Assembly: GCA_963749655.1 (NCBI GenBank)
Contig: CAVVOB010000019.1
Span: forward strand, 96,001-160,000
Length of the DNA stretch: 64,000 nucleotides
From: Nitrospirota bacterium
GTDB lineage: Bacteria; Nitrospirota; UBA9217
Direction: 5' to 3'
Numbering within the stretch: the stretch's first letter is position 1; every line of letters starts with the position of its first letter. This document shows, one piece after another, positions 1 through 8,977 of the stretch. Position numbers and translations under genes: made by a program. The notes beneath the pieces are model-generated. The model saw only the letters and a program-made list of their open reading frames with translations, ran no database searches and was not told the DNA's origin.

Positions 1-1092
1 TTTCGCGATCGGGAAATTCGGGTGCTGCGTGCTGATGAGATCGCATGATTTCGAAACGCCGGGGAGCACCCACAGGGAACCGCTGATCGACGTCTCGATA
101 TACCTGCCCTTCTCCTGATACAGGCAGGTGTACCCTTCCATTAAGCGCTTTGCAGGAAAACGCGAGTGGTCCCGGTGGACCACGATCCTTCCTTCCGTGT
201 ATCTCCAGGCTCCAAGCAGCCTTTGTTCGTCATCACTCGCCTCTTCCAAAAGCGCAAGCGCCTGGTCCGCATTACAGGCGAATACGACCTTGTCGAACCG
301 CATCACCCTGCCGTCTTCCCTGCAGACCTGCACAGCGTCCCTGCGCCTCGCGATCGAGACGATCTTCGCATTCAGCATGATGCTGTCCCGGAACGGATCG
401 GACAGGGCCTGCACGTAGCTGTTGGTGCCGTGCTTCGCGAACCGGACGGAAAAGAGGGCGCGGGGCGGCATCAGGTCGTTATAGTGGTTTAATTTTTCGA
501 TAAAGAAGGCGGCCGGCGCGGCAAGCACGTCGTCGCAGTGCATGGACGATATCAGGCAGAGACAGCTTATGAAAATCAGTTTCGCGTCTCCCCTGATAAG
601 GGGGATTCTATCGAAGGTTTGTTCAACAGTCAGTCCTTTGAGACTTCCCTGCTGCAACAATGCCTGCGCCCTTTTCAAGCCTCCTGCGAGCTCCAGCAGG
701 CTCTTGATGCGGCCGGGTTTCAGGATGTCCAGTTTCTGCGCAGCCAATCCCCTGATCCCCGGCGTAAGGAAGATCCCTCTATTCGTATCGAGGTTGCAGA
801 AACCCGCGCCCAGCCCGGACAAATCGAGGGGATTCATCCGGAGAGAGCTCACCGATTCTACATGCAATTTTCTGAAAAGCCTGAAAAGGTTTTTGTAAGA
901 CCATCTCCCGAAGACCGCAGCCGCAATGTCGACATTCCCATAGGGCGTTGCCAGCGTATAGGCATTGCCGCCGAGCCTGTCGGACTTTTCGAATAACGTG
1001 ACGTCGTACTTCCGGTGCAGCAGATAGGCCGCGGTCAGGCCCGCTACGCCGCCGCCGATGACGGCGATCTTTCCGTTCAAATTGTCTTTCAT
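1..1092 (-). CDS. FAD/NAD(P)-binding oxidoreductase (amine oxidase-like), 3' end outside window
   Basis: Not in the ORF track because there is no stop in the window. Manual translation from ATG 1092 gives MKDNLNGKIAVIGGGVAGLTAAYLLHRKYDVTLFEKSDRLGGNA, a Rossmann GxGxxG motif plus the E-x4-LGG motif. Confidence 0.85.
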   Translation of the reverse strand, partial: MKDNLNGKIAVIGGGVAGLTAAYLLHRKYDVTLFEKSDRLGGNAYTLATPYGNVDIAAAVFGRWSYKNLFRLFRKLHVESVSSLRMNPLDLSGLGAGFCNLDTNRGIFLTPGIRGLAAQKLDILKPGRIKSLLELAGGLKRAQALLQQGSLKGLTVEQTFDRIPLIRGDAKLIFISCLCLISSMHCDDVLAAPAAFFIEKLNHYNDLMPPRALFSVRFAKHGTNSYVQALSDPFRDSIMLNAKIVSIARRRDAVQVCREDGRVMRFDKVVFACNADQALALLEEASDDEQRLLGAWRYTEGRIVVHRDHSRFPAKRLMEGYTCLYQEKGRYIETSISGSLWVLPGVSKSCDLISTQHPNFPIAK

Positions 1093-1212
1093 GGTGACCG
1101 GCTTCTGTTAAATGGTAAACGCGGATCGCAATGCCATCATGGCATGAGCGATGCAAGCATCAATAAACAAGGTACTGCTGCAGTCCCTGTTCCGTTCCTG
1201 GAAGATTTGCGA

Positions 1213-1923
1213 TCACCAGCCCAACTGCAGCTTGGTGATTTTCATGTACCCCCTGATCTGCTCGATTGCGTTCGGTTCCATTTCCTGGAAGAGCACGCCA
1301 AAACCGGCGGGAAGATCCTTGCGCTGCCTTTTGCCGCTGTTGACCCAGTTGACCTGCGCTTCGCACTCGATGAGATTCGAACCGTTTCGAGGAAGGAAAA
1401 ACTTCAAGAAAAGACGGTCTCCCGGCGCGACTTCCCGAACAGATCCAACAAACATCCCACTGATGCTGATATCCTCGATGGCTCCGTAAAAGGTCTCGGC
1501 GCCGATCGTGCACGCTACGACTGCGCGGCAGAGCATGCGTTCCGCTTCCAGTTCTGTTTCTGATATGAGCGAGAGCCCTGTTTCGAGAAATTCCCGTTTA
1601 TCGACCGGTTTGCCGACGACAGCGTCGCATCCGGCGTCCCGGCTGAAGAGGGCCTCCTCGCTGGAAGTGTTGCAGACCATCACGACCGGGACCCCGCTCA
1701 GTTTGGGATCGGCTTTCAATGATTTGCAGCACGATATGCCGCCCATGCCGTGCAGGTTGTAAGACAGGTAGATAAGGTTGGGCAGGACTTTTCGGGCGAT
1801 CTTCAGGGTCTCGTCGCTGTCTGAAGCGGTGAACAGAACGGCATCGGAGTCCTGCAGGTATCTCTTTTCGATCTGAAGAACGATACTGGAACTTTCGGCA
1901 AGGAGGATCTTCGGCTTGGACAT
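1213..1923 (-). CDS. Receiver(-like) domain + PilZ domain protein
   Basis: N-terminal REC pattern (KILLAE...PVVMV...KPVD) and C-terminal PilZ DISISGMF...AQVNWVN...GFGVLF. Confidence 0.8.
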   Translation of the reverse strand: MSKPKILLAESSSIVLQIEKRYLQDSDAVLFTASDSDETLKIARKVLPNLIYLSYNLHGMGGISCCKSLKADPKLSGVPVVMVCNTSSEEALFSRDAGCDAVVGKPVDKREFLETGLSLISETELEAERMLCRAVVACTIGAETFYGAIEDISISGMFVGSVREVAPGDRLFLKFFLPRNGSNLIECEAQVNWVNSGKRQRKDLPAGFGVLFQEMEPNAIEQIRGYMKITKLQLGW

Positions 1924-2046
1924 CCCGGCTCCTGTAGACAGATGGAGAAATAACGGCTTCTGATCCTGTATTGTAGCAGACCCGGAGCAATTTCGAAATA
2001 GAATTCCTCAACAGGCGGGGTTCGGGGCATGCCCGTGGTGTCGATC

Positions 2047-2244
2047 TCACTTCTTCATCTTTAAATAGAATATGAGCCACAGCGGCCACAGCACTATCGC
2101 GACGAACGTTATAACCCTGTTGACATCGCCGAAAGTCACCAGAAGGTTTCGAGATTCAAGTTCGCTCGCCATTGATCTCGTATCCGTGAACGCGTATACG
2201 ACAAGTCCGATGAACAAGTAGGCCGACACCAGTATGATCATCAT
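2047..2244 (-). CDS. Small hypothetical membrane protein
   Basis: 65 aa with two hydrophobic segments and a purine-rich RBS upstream. Confidence 0.55.
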   Translation of the reverse strand: MMIILVSAYLFIGLVVYAFTDTRSMASELESRNLLVTFGDVNRVITFVAIVLWPLWLIFYLKMKK

Positions 2245-2313
2245 GCCGAACGTATCCCCTTCCCATCAGGTTCTGGGTCTCATGACTTCTCTTGGTTCCC
2301 CGTCTGGATGCCG

Positions 2314-3186
2314 CTAGTCAAGCGCCCCATGTTCTTTTGCAGTCTTGATCCAGTGTTCGGCCAGTTCGGCAGGATTTGCGCCCAGACCACGGCCAAGGTG
2401 CAGCGCCAGTCCCATCAATAATTCCGATGCTTTGCGGAAATCGGCGACATTGTCCAGTGTGCCAAATGATTCTTGAGCTTTCAATAGGAGCAGATCGTGA
2501 TGTTGGCGGGAAAAAGCTATGGGATCATGTCAAGTCATCCGTTAACTGCAGGGAGCATCAGCAGGTCGATCCACTCGGGACCAAGCCGGTCCTGCAATTG
2601 TTCGGGCTCTTCTCTTCCCATCTCCCGCCAGAGACGCAATGTCTGCCGGTCACCCGATTCGGCCAAACCGCTTTCCAGCAGAAGGGCGAAAGCGCTGTCA
2701 GCTAAATTTTGCATCAGTTCGAGATACTCATCCTGAGCAACTTCGAAGCGCTTCACGGCCTGTCCTTCAATGTAGGCGGCGACACTCAATTGAGGTAAAT
2801 CTAAAACTTCCGGACAGCCTTCCATACAGGGGAAATCACTCCCCTGGTACAGGTAGTGCAGTTCCTCGCCCTGCCTTTGGCGGCCAAGAGGATATAACCG
2901 GCAGGCCAAGGGGCGCCCCACATGCACGCTGCATCCGAAATCAGGCACATACTGGCTGCACGCCGGCAGCTGTCTCCAGCCGGGTGCGCCGTCAAAACGC
3001 AGACTGGATGCCGCCAAAATCGCAGTATCGATCACGAAACGCCCTCGGGGTCAGTCCTTTTGCTTCAGCCAGACACGCCAGTTCCCACGGGTTCAGCCTG
3101 ACAGTTTTGCCGTGACAGCAGGTGCCTGAACGTGAACAGGTAAGTGGCAGATTATCAGTAAGGGTGAGTTTGGTCGTGGCCGACAT
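2314..3186 (-). CDS. YkgJ-family cysteine-cluster (Zn/Fe-chelating) protein, frameshifted
   Basis: Motifs CSRSGTCCH (2992..3228 frame) and CSVHVGRPLACRLYP (2535..3035 frame). A further frame ends ...KTAKEHGALD* at 2314. Confidence 0.75.
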
Positions 3187-3224
3187 TATGGCTTTTCCTG
3201 CAGTTTTCGTTTGTTCACCTTCTC

Positions 3225-3288
3225 GCATAACGGCGCTCGGCTGAGGGGCGCGGTTTTTCTGCGGCCCTCTCGGGCCGAATGGGTAGAA
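3225..3288 (-). repeat. attC-like site 1
   Basis: Minus strand TTCTACC...GAGAGGGCCGCAGAAAAACCGCGCCCCTCAGCCG...GTTATGC, an imperfect palindrome 9 bp after the stop at 3298. The R'' box is degenerate. Confidence 0.65.
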
Positions 3289-3297
3289 TCATATATT

Positions 3298-3849
3298 TCA
3301 AGCACTGTCTCCATTTCTTTTTTTGACTCCCTGGTCCCTTTGTTTCCCCGTGGGTGGATCGTCCCGATCCGTACTTTTTCCCGTTACGTCAGCATGGTCG
3401 CCGCCGGAGGCACGCTTAAAGCCGTATCGCAGCGAGGCTTCTATAGCTTTAACCAGTTCTTTCAGATCGAGCGCCTTCGCGGAGTCACGGCCCCGGGCGC
3501 GACCTAAAGCTTTTTCATAGGCTGATCGAATGTCCGCCGGCATCTCCTCGGTGGAAGAGTACTTCTTGCCGTTTATGTCATCGCGGTCGTTACGTGATCT
3601 AAAGATCACAACAGCGCCATATAAAAATGCCAGCCCCATCACGCTCATGCCGATTCCAATCTTGACCGCAGTGGAGCCGTAGGTCGCATATGTGATTCCA
3701 TGACTTCGGGATACGAACTCCTGCTTAATGATCCCCCGGTAAATGCCGACAGAGAGCAGTAAAATTCCGAGGCCCAGGAGCAGCGGGCAGATAAAAACTT
3801 TCACGCAGAGTGTTGACAAGGATTTCTGTTGCCGATATTTTGATTTCAT
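3298..3849 (-). CDS. Hypothetical membrane protein (cassette-like)
   Basis: Two TM segments; lies between attC-like sites. Confidence 0.6.
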   Translation of the reverse strand: MKSKYRQQKSLSTLCVKVFICPLLLGLGILLLSVGIYRGIIKQEFVSRSHGITYATYGSTAVKIGIGMSVMGLAFLYGAVVIFRSRNDRDDINGKKYSSTEEMPADIRSAYEKALGRARGRDSAKALDLKELVKAIEASLRYGFKRASGGDHADVTGKSTDRDDPPTGKQRDQGVKKRNGDSA

Positions 3850-3957
3850 ATGTAGTCGCCCTCGCGGTTATGCCCTTGCCCTTCTCCTCGCTTTCTGCTT
3901 CGCTTATACCTGTATACCTGGCCCGGGGACTTGCACCCCGGAGATTCTGTGCAATGT

Positions 3958-4023
3958 CCGGCACACGCGGGTCACGCGCCGGGCGGGCTTATCGCCCGGA
4001 CGGTGTCGAGCCGTTTGTTGAAT
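3958..4023 (-). repeat. attC-like site 2
   Basis: Minus strand ATTCAAC AAACGGCTCGACACCGTCCGGGCGATAAGCCCGCCCGGCGCGTGACCCGCGT GTGCCGG. The R' box is degenerate (GTG). Confidence 0.65.
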
Positions 4024-4039
4024 AGTACGTGCAATTAAA

Positions 4040-4351
4040 TTAGAGATTCAAGGCAAAATTGATAGCATCGCGAATTTCGCTTAGCTTTTGTTTTGATAAG
4101 GAGGTAATCAGCGAGCCGACGTTCGATTTTGACACCGTCTGAATGTGGTCACAATTAATTGCACAGTCATTATGCATGCCGTCTAAGCGGGACAAAGGCA
4201 CTTCGCTGGGGATATCTCTTATTGTTGAAGTTACAGGCGCTATAGTAACTTCACCTAAGTACTCTAATATAGAATTTCTCGTTAAGATAACTACAGGGCG
4301 TTTTTTATCAGGGGGCTTGAACTTATACCATCGCACCTCACCCCGCTTCAT
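4040..4351 (-). CDS. mazF: Type II TA toxin, PemK/MazF family endoribonuclease
   Basis: MKRGEVRW...DKKRPVVILT...VTIAPVTS...CDHIQTVSK. Confidence 0.93.
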   Translation of the reverse strand: MKRGEVRWYKFKPPDKKRPVVILTRNSILEYLGEVTIAPVTSTIRDIPSEVPLSRLDGMHNDCAINCDHIQTVSKSNVGSLITSLSKQKLSEIRDAINFALNL

Positions 4352-4581
4352 AAATCACCCCATTCTTGCTCTGACTCCCAGACGCTAAATTCAGCTTTGT
4401 CAGCAGGGTGCTGCCCGTATCCTTTTTTGTGCCTTTTTTCGAGCTGGCTGACATTGACCTGTTTGATCGCATTCCTTAATGCCTTGCGCGCAAAAGCCGA
4501 CCGGGTTGTTTTTAGCTTTTTGACGACCTGGTCAACTGTTGCAACTAAGTCATCATCTAAGGTCATTTGTATGGTTCTCAT
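4348..4581 (-). CDS. Ribbon-helix-helix (CopG-type) antitoxin
   Basis: MRTIQMTLDDDL...TTRSAFARKALR, with a 4-bp overlap with the toxin start. Confidence 0.88.
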   Translation of the reverse strand: MRTIQMTLDDDLVATVDQVVKKLKTTRSAFARKALRNAIKQVNVSQLEKRHKKGYGQHPADKAEFSVWESEQEWGDL

Positions 4582-4753
4582 AGCCCCTCCTTATGATGTG
4601 GATATCTATAGCTATAGTAAACCACATTTCAGGCCAAGTCAAGTGTGGGCGCGGGCTTTACAGTTTTGGCAACTTGGTGTCAATCCGACGTCTTCTGTTG
4701 ATCAAATAAATGACTATGGCTGAGGCAAGCAGTCCAACAAAAAAAACCATGGC

Positions 4754-4846
4754 AGTCGCGTAGGTTGGGCTACGCTTCGCAGACCAACATCTTGATTCTT
4801 GATACGTTGGGCTTCAGTCAGACCCTTCAGCCCAATCTACTGGCCT
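4754..4846. repeat. 93-bp GTAG-family REP doublet, copy 1
   Basis: GTAGGTTGGGCT...AG(A)CCAAC...GTTGGGCT...AGCCCAATCTAC; 3 mismatches to the copy at 5703. Confidence 0.85.
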
Positions 4847-5228
4847 CTCTTCCGAGATTATTTTCGTGCAGCTTTGCTCTTGCCGACTGAATTAATACTA
4901 TTCCACCGAATACGAAGTACAGGCTTAGAATAACGGTAATTATTTTGACGACGTACTGATTAATAGGAATAACAAGAATTGCCAGGAATAAGGAGAAGAC
5001 GTGGATAACAAGGTAAATGCCCATGGCCCAAAGGGCAAAAATTCTCCCTTTGATTACATAGTAAGAAACGATAGATAAAACGATCAATTCCGCTAGACGA
5101 ACTTGAGATAAGTACCATGGCGCATTGACTGCAAATGAATAAATTGTTGCGATTGCCTTGAGAGTGATAAAGGTTCCAAGGATGGTAATATGTTCTTTGA
5201 GAGCCTGTATGATTCTGTTAGTTTTCAT
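4827..5228 (-). CDS. Hypothetical membrane protein (cassette-like)
   Basis: AT-rich with about 4 TM segments. ATG is 3 bp after the attC-like GTTATAC and the stop lies inside the REP. Confidence 0.7.
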   Translation of the reverse strand: MKTNRIIQALKEHITILGTFITLKAIATIYSFAVNAPWYLSQVRLAELIVLSIVSYYVIKGRIFALWAMGIYLVIHVFSLFLAILVIPINQYVVKIITVILSLYFVFGGIVLIQSARAKLHENNLGREASRLG

Positions 5229-5231
5229 ATG

Positions 5232-5293
5232 GTATAACGACGCGGGTCACGCGCCGCCTTCGGGCGCGTCGCTGTGGACCCGCCTCGCTAGAA
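5232..5293 (-). repeat. attC-like site 3
   Basis: Minus strand TTCTAGC GAGGCGGGTCCACAGCGACGCGCCCGAAGGCGGCGCGTGACCCGCGTC GTTATAC. Confidence 0.7.
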
Positions 5294-5333
5294 TTACATG
5301 TCTCGATACGCAGAAACGCGGCTAGGTATTTTA

Positions 5334-5675
5334 TTAATACAAACGAAAACGACCGGATATTAATAAGAAAATCAAAATTAAAACTAGGATCAGGCCAAAT
5401 AGTGGACCAAACCCGGCTTTGATTTTATTTCTTCTTTCTTCGGGTATGGTTTCTAAGGGGAACTCTCTGCCGGTTATGCGTTTGAAGCCAGGACAAAATG
5501 TATTTTCAAAATAATTAAAAAATAGAATCTGGAAAAGTATCGTGAATACTATAACTAATACAACAAAAACGAAGCCAATCGCGAGAATCAACCAAAATAT
5601 TTCGGGTCCGAACTTGAGCCACAGAAGAAAACAAAGACCAAATGCAGCAATGTTTGCCAACGTTTTCTTTTCCAT
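5334..5675 (-). CDS. Hypothetical membrane protein
   Basis: AT-rich, 113 aa, 3 hydrophobic segments, followed by an attC-like site. Confidence 0.65.
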   Translation of the reverse strand: MEKKTLANIAAFGLCFLLWLKFGPEIFWLILAIGFVFVVLVIVFTILFQILFFNYFENTFCPGFKRITGREFPLETIPEERRNKIKAGFGPLFGLILVLILIFLLISGRFRLY

Positions 5676-5702
5676 GATTTTATCTAATCAACTTTCAATA
5701 TG

Positions 5703-5795
5703 AGTCGCGTAGGTTGGGCTACGCTTCGCAGCCCAACATCTTGATTCTTGATACGTTGGGCTTCAGTCAAACCCTTCAGCCCAACCTACTGGCCT
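5703..5795. repeat. 93-bp GTAG-family REP doublet, copy 2
   Basis: GTAGGTTGGGCT...AGCCCAAC...GTTGGGCT...AGCCCAACCTAC; direct repeat of 4754..4846. Confidence 0.85.
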
Positions 5796-5914
5796 GGGAA
5801 ATAGCAGCGAACAGCATCAGCTGCCATAACAGTGATTGGAGACCATTCCGGATTTCCAACATCCCATAACTCAAGGAGCCAGCATCGTGGCCTCGGTTGG
5901 TAACCGGTCGGAAC

Positions 5915-6688
5915 TCAATTGCTGAGAAAGATATACTGTTTCAACAGATCGACTTTTCCAAGGGTATAGTCAAAAGGCAGCACGCGGGGAATTTGATATA
6001 TCGGATTGACCCTCTTTTGGAGTTCCGCGAGCACAGGCATCGGCAGGAGAAAATGGTTCAGGATAACCTTGGCCGGAACTACGAATATCCTGCTGTCACG
6101 GACCTCCAGGCGGAGCGCTGCATACCCTTCAAAACGATCGTTTACCATGAACTTTTCGACGAGCTTTCTGTCGTTCGGGGATATCGTACTGGCCGGAACG
6201 CTGAACTCCAATTCAATATACGGGGGGGTGAATTTGATCAGAAATTTGTCATAGTGAAAGTTCAGCCTCTTCGCCGTCCTTATGAATTCATTTTTTATCG
6301 TTTGCTCCGAAACCAATATCCTGACGGCAAAATCCGAATACGAAGTAATTTTAACGGTGTTTGCATTTCTTAATGCCTTGAAATCGATCTTCGGATTGGT
6401 ATACTGCGCGGTGACGTAGTCGACCGGGACACCGTTTATCGGGAGCGATACGAATTTCATGAACAGGGACTTCAGGTCCCCGCCTTTGTCGTCGCCGGTG
6501 TTCGTTTTAATCTCTATTCGCTCACACTTCACCGTTCTTCTCAGTGCCTTCGCAAGCTCATTGTCAAGCGATTCCCGGGAATAGAGCGCGGACGCGCCGG
6601 ATAAAAGTACGGTTACAGCCGCCAGGGCCGCAATCAAGCAAGAACGGACGGGATAATTGACAGATCTATTTTTGAAAAAGTCTGCCAT
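5915..6688 (-). CDS. Exported hypothetical protein (possibly LmeA/DUF2993-like lipid-binding)
   Basis: Signal-like hydrophobic stretch followed by a beta-rich domain; overlaps the upstream gene. The family guess is weak. Confidence 0.6.
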   Translation of the reverse strand: MADFFKNRSVNYPVRSCLIAALAAVTVLLSGASALYSRESLDNELAKALRRTVKCERIEIKTNTGDDKGGDLKSLFMKFVSLPINGVPVDYVTAQYTNPKIDFKALRNANTVKITSYSDFAVRILVSEQTIKNEFIRTAKRLNFHYDKFLIKFTPPYIELEFSVPASTISPNDRKLVEKFMVNDRFEGYAALRLEVRDSRIFVVPAKVILNHFLLPMPVLAELQKRVNPIYQIPRVLPFDYTLGKVDLLKQYIFLSN

Positions 6689-7070
6689 CTTCAATATAGA
6701 GGTCCTTTGCGTTATAGAGTTTGGGATCCGGCACACTGATGCGATAGTGGTCGGCGCCGTTGGTCCTGGACAGGGTGTACACGTACGGTGTCCCGCTCGC
6801 GGGATCGTTGCCGATACGATCAAGAAACGCGGGCTGGAGTTGTTCTAATTTCCGGGGGTATTCCATGGTAACGACGAAGTAGGCCTCGACGGCTTTTGAA
6901 AGGTTCTGCAAATCCGTCAGTACCTGTTCTCGGGACGTAGCGTACGCCTGTTTCGGCGGTTCATAGTTGTTGACGCCCCCTTTCCAGTAAAGGACGGCAA
7001 GATAACCAAGGATAACCGCTGCAATCACGATCAGGATGGAAAAAAATACGATGAGTTTTTTCTTTCGCAT
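6666..7070 (-). CDS. Membrane-anchored protein with pseudopilin (GspG)-like globular motif
   Basis: N-terminal TM, then DLQNLSKAVEAYF...YPRKLEQL.P.FL..I..DP.SG.PYVY. No prepilin cleavage motif. Confidence 0.65.
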   Translation of the reverse strand: MRKKKLIVFFSILIVIAAVILGYLAVLYWKGGVNNYEPPKQAYATSREQVLTDLQNLSKAVEAYFVVTMEYPRKLEQLQPAFLDRIGNDPASGTPYVYTLSRTNGADHYRISVPDPKLYNAKDLYIEDGRLFQK

Positions 7071-7382
7071 AGGCGGATTTCCTATCTCATGGTGTCATCC
7101 CGGCAGCCGGTTCATGACCGGTACGTTGTGTGTGCTGGCATCACGATAGTGCGACGCAACATTCTTTGCCGGGGAATCCCATCAAATCGCCCTGACAACG
7201 TCTGCTCAGGAACAAACTTATGAATGCTTCATTTTACCTGATGCACAATCAATTATCCAGAACGTTTCTTCTCATGCCGTAGTCGTATCTAATTGGAAAT
7301 CAGATGGTGCACTTGAGAGAATATCGGTGAGGCATTTTCTTTACAATCATATTCCGGTGATCTTCGAATTACCATAAATGGA

Positions 7383-7439
7383 TTTTAACGCCGCCGTGAG
7401 GGGCGTGGTTCACAGACCCTCTCGACGGCGAGGTTGGTA
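7383..7439 (-). repeat. attC-like site 4
   Basis: Minus strand TACCAAC CTCGCCGTCGAGAGGGTCTGTGAACCACGCCCCTCACGGCGGC GTTAAAA; resembles site 1. Confidence 0.75.
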
Positions 7440-7475
7440 CTGTTTGTTAAATAGCCTTGATTGAGTATAGCCAGT

Positions 7476-7769
7476 TTATCGTCTAAGAAATATATAATTT
7501 CTTGTCAAAATTTCTAGCGCTACCGCAATCAGAAATGAAAGGCCTGAGGCAATAACGAATGATTTCTTCCGCGGTTCAATCAGATACGAAAAAGATAGTA
7601 ATGCCACTAGCGATAAGGGAGCAGTGAGCCATGTAAGAATGAAGGGTAGATTCCAAAGAGCATCGATATTGTTGATCGTAAGAGTGCTGTAGTAGAGTAG
7701 CAGCACGAGATTAATAGTTCCTGCTCCAAACCCTACGAGTACAGCGACAATTTTCGTGGCTTTTTTCAT
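7476..7769 (-). CDS. Hypothetical membrane protein
   Basis: 97 aa, 3 TM segments, GGAG RBS. Confidence 0.65.
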   Translation of the reverse strand: MKKATKIVAVLVGFGAGTINLVLLLYYSTLTINNIDALWNLPFILTWLTAPLSLVALLSFSYLIEPRKKSFVIASGLSFLIAVALEILTRNYIFLRR

Positions 7770-7820
7770 TGATATGCTCCAGGAAACCGGATGCCGGTAC
7801 AGCGTTTTTTATCCTGTTGT

Positions 7821-8153
7821 TTACAGATTTTCAATTTCATTTTGAACTTCTTTAACTAACCTAACTTGATGTTTGAGGTCGTCACTGGTAGGATTCAATG
7901 GCATCTTATAATGCAAAGCTGATTGAATATGGTCAAGTGCCTTGCATAGCTTCTGATAAGCCATTTTGTGTTCCCTGCTTCTGACGATTTCAAGCTCAAT
8001 TTTGTCCTTGAGAGTATGGATTCTCGTTATTAATAACATTGCCTTATGCTTTATAAAATCAGTCGAATCTAAATCGTCGCAATCTTGACTAAGTACAGTA
8101 GCCAAGTCCGCTTTAATTCGGATTAGTTCCTCGTCGATCGTATTTTTATTCAT
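7821..8153 (-). CDS. Hypothetical helical protein
   Basis: AT-rich 110-aa ORF starting 18 bp after an attC-like site. Confidence 0.6.
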   Translation of the reverse strand: MNKNTIDEELIRIKADLATVLSQDCDDLDSTDFIKHKAMLLITRIHTLKDKIELEIVRSREHKMAYQKLCKALDHIQSALHYKMPLNPTSDDLKHQVRLVKEVQNEIENL

Positions 8154-8171
8154 CTCGCTATTTATTTTGGA

Positions 8172-8216
8172 CCCAAACTTGCGCCTGACGCGTCGCTGTC
8201 GAGGCGCTCGTTAACA
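8172..8216 (-). repeat. attC-like site 5 (short, central loop missing)
   Basis: Minus strand TGTTAAC GAGCGCCTCGACAGCGACGCGTCAGGCGCAA GTTTGGG; 7 bp after the stop at 8224. Confidence 0.6.
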
Positions 8217-8223
8217 ATCAGCT

Positions 8224-8967
8224 TTACTGATTTGTCTTTGGCGCGCTGTCATCTGCATATTCTTTGATAGCATCAGATAGAAACTGAGCGATCGAATTCT
8301 CAAAAGCGTCGAGAATGTAAGATTGTTTCGTCGAAGTAGGTGAGACGCCAATATCTATGGTAACTGCAGGCATTGAAGTATTTAGCAGAACATAGTCGAA
8401 ACTGCGCAGTAACTGAATGCAGGTGAACAGATCTGATTCACTCAATTTCTTCGACATCGTGCCGGCAACAGTAAGGCTTTCCTCGTGCTTGTCGTCTGTT
8501 GCCAGGGCCGCAAATATTTCATTCAGCCCTTTGCTTGGGTCATCAGTTTTGTTGTTGGCCACTTGATGTTTCTTGATCGGCTTCGGTTCAGTAAAGATAC
8601 TAATACAGTCCTTCTTTGCTTTGGTAACTTTAATTCCGATGTATAGGTCGGATTGTCTCGAATGAGCCTGAGTAGCGCGTGTGTCAGGAGGTACAGATCT
8701 ATCTTCTGAACGAGAAAGGTAAACCGCAAATCCCTTCGTTTCGAGAATCGTCTTCATTTTTTGTGCAATTTCAAGTGTGATGTCCTTGCCTAGTTTATCC
8801 TTGGAAAGTCGTGGCCCACGTGCCTTCCCGCCATACGATGGATCGAGATAAATTGTGTGAATCTTTAGGCCAAGTTTCTTCGACAAACTCTCTGCGCCAA
8901 TGGATGTCCCTTGGCAGATAAGAAGTGAGGAAAATATGATTGCGCTTGTAATTAGAAATCGTCTCAT
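8224..8967 (-). CDS. Amidase_3-fold (N-acetylmuramoyl-L-alanine amidase-like) protein, active site degenerate
   Basis: Signal peptide, then IYLDPSYGG...KDITLEIA...VYLSR...VLLNTSMPAVTIDIG. Confidence 0.8.
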   Translation of the reverse strand: MRRFLITSAIIFSSLLICQGTSIGAESLSKKLGLKIHTIYLDPSYGGKARGPRLSKDKLGKDITLEIAQKMKTILETKGFAVYLSRSEDRSVPPDTRATQAHSRQSDLYIGIKVTKAKKDCISIFTEPKPIKKHQVANNKTDDPSKGLNEIFAALATDDKHEESLTVAGTMSKKLSESDLFTCIQLLRSFDYVLLNTSMPAVTIDIGVSPTSTKQSYILDAFENSIAQFLSDAIKEYADDSAPKTNQ

Positions 8968-8977
8968 GGTCCTTCCG

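Noticed and set aside
5820-5850. Additional attC site (GTTATGG half-site); similar remnant near 2300-2320
   Set aside because: No complementary partner arm could be found, so at most a remnant.
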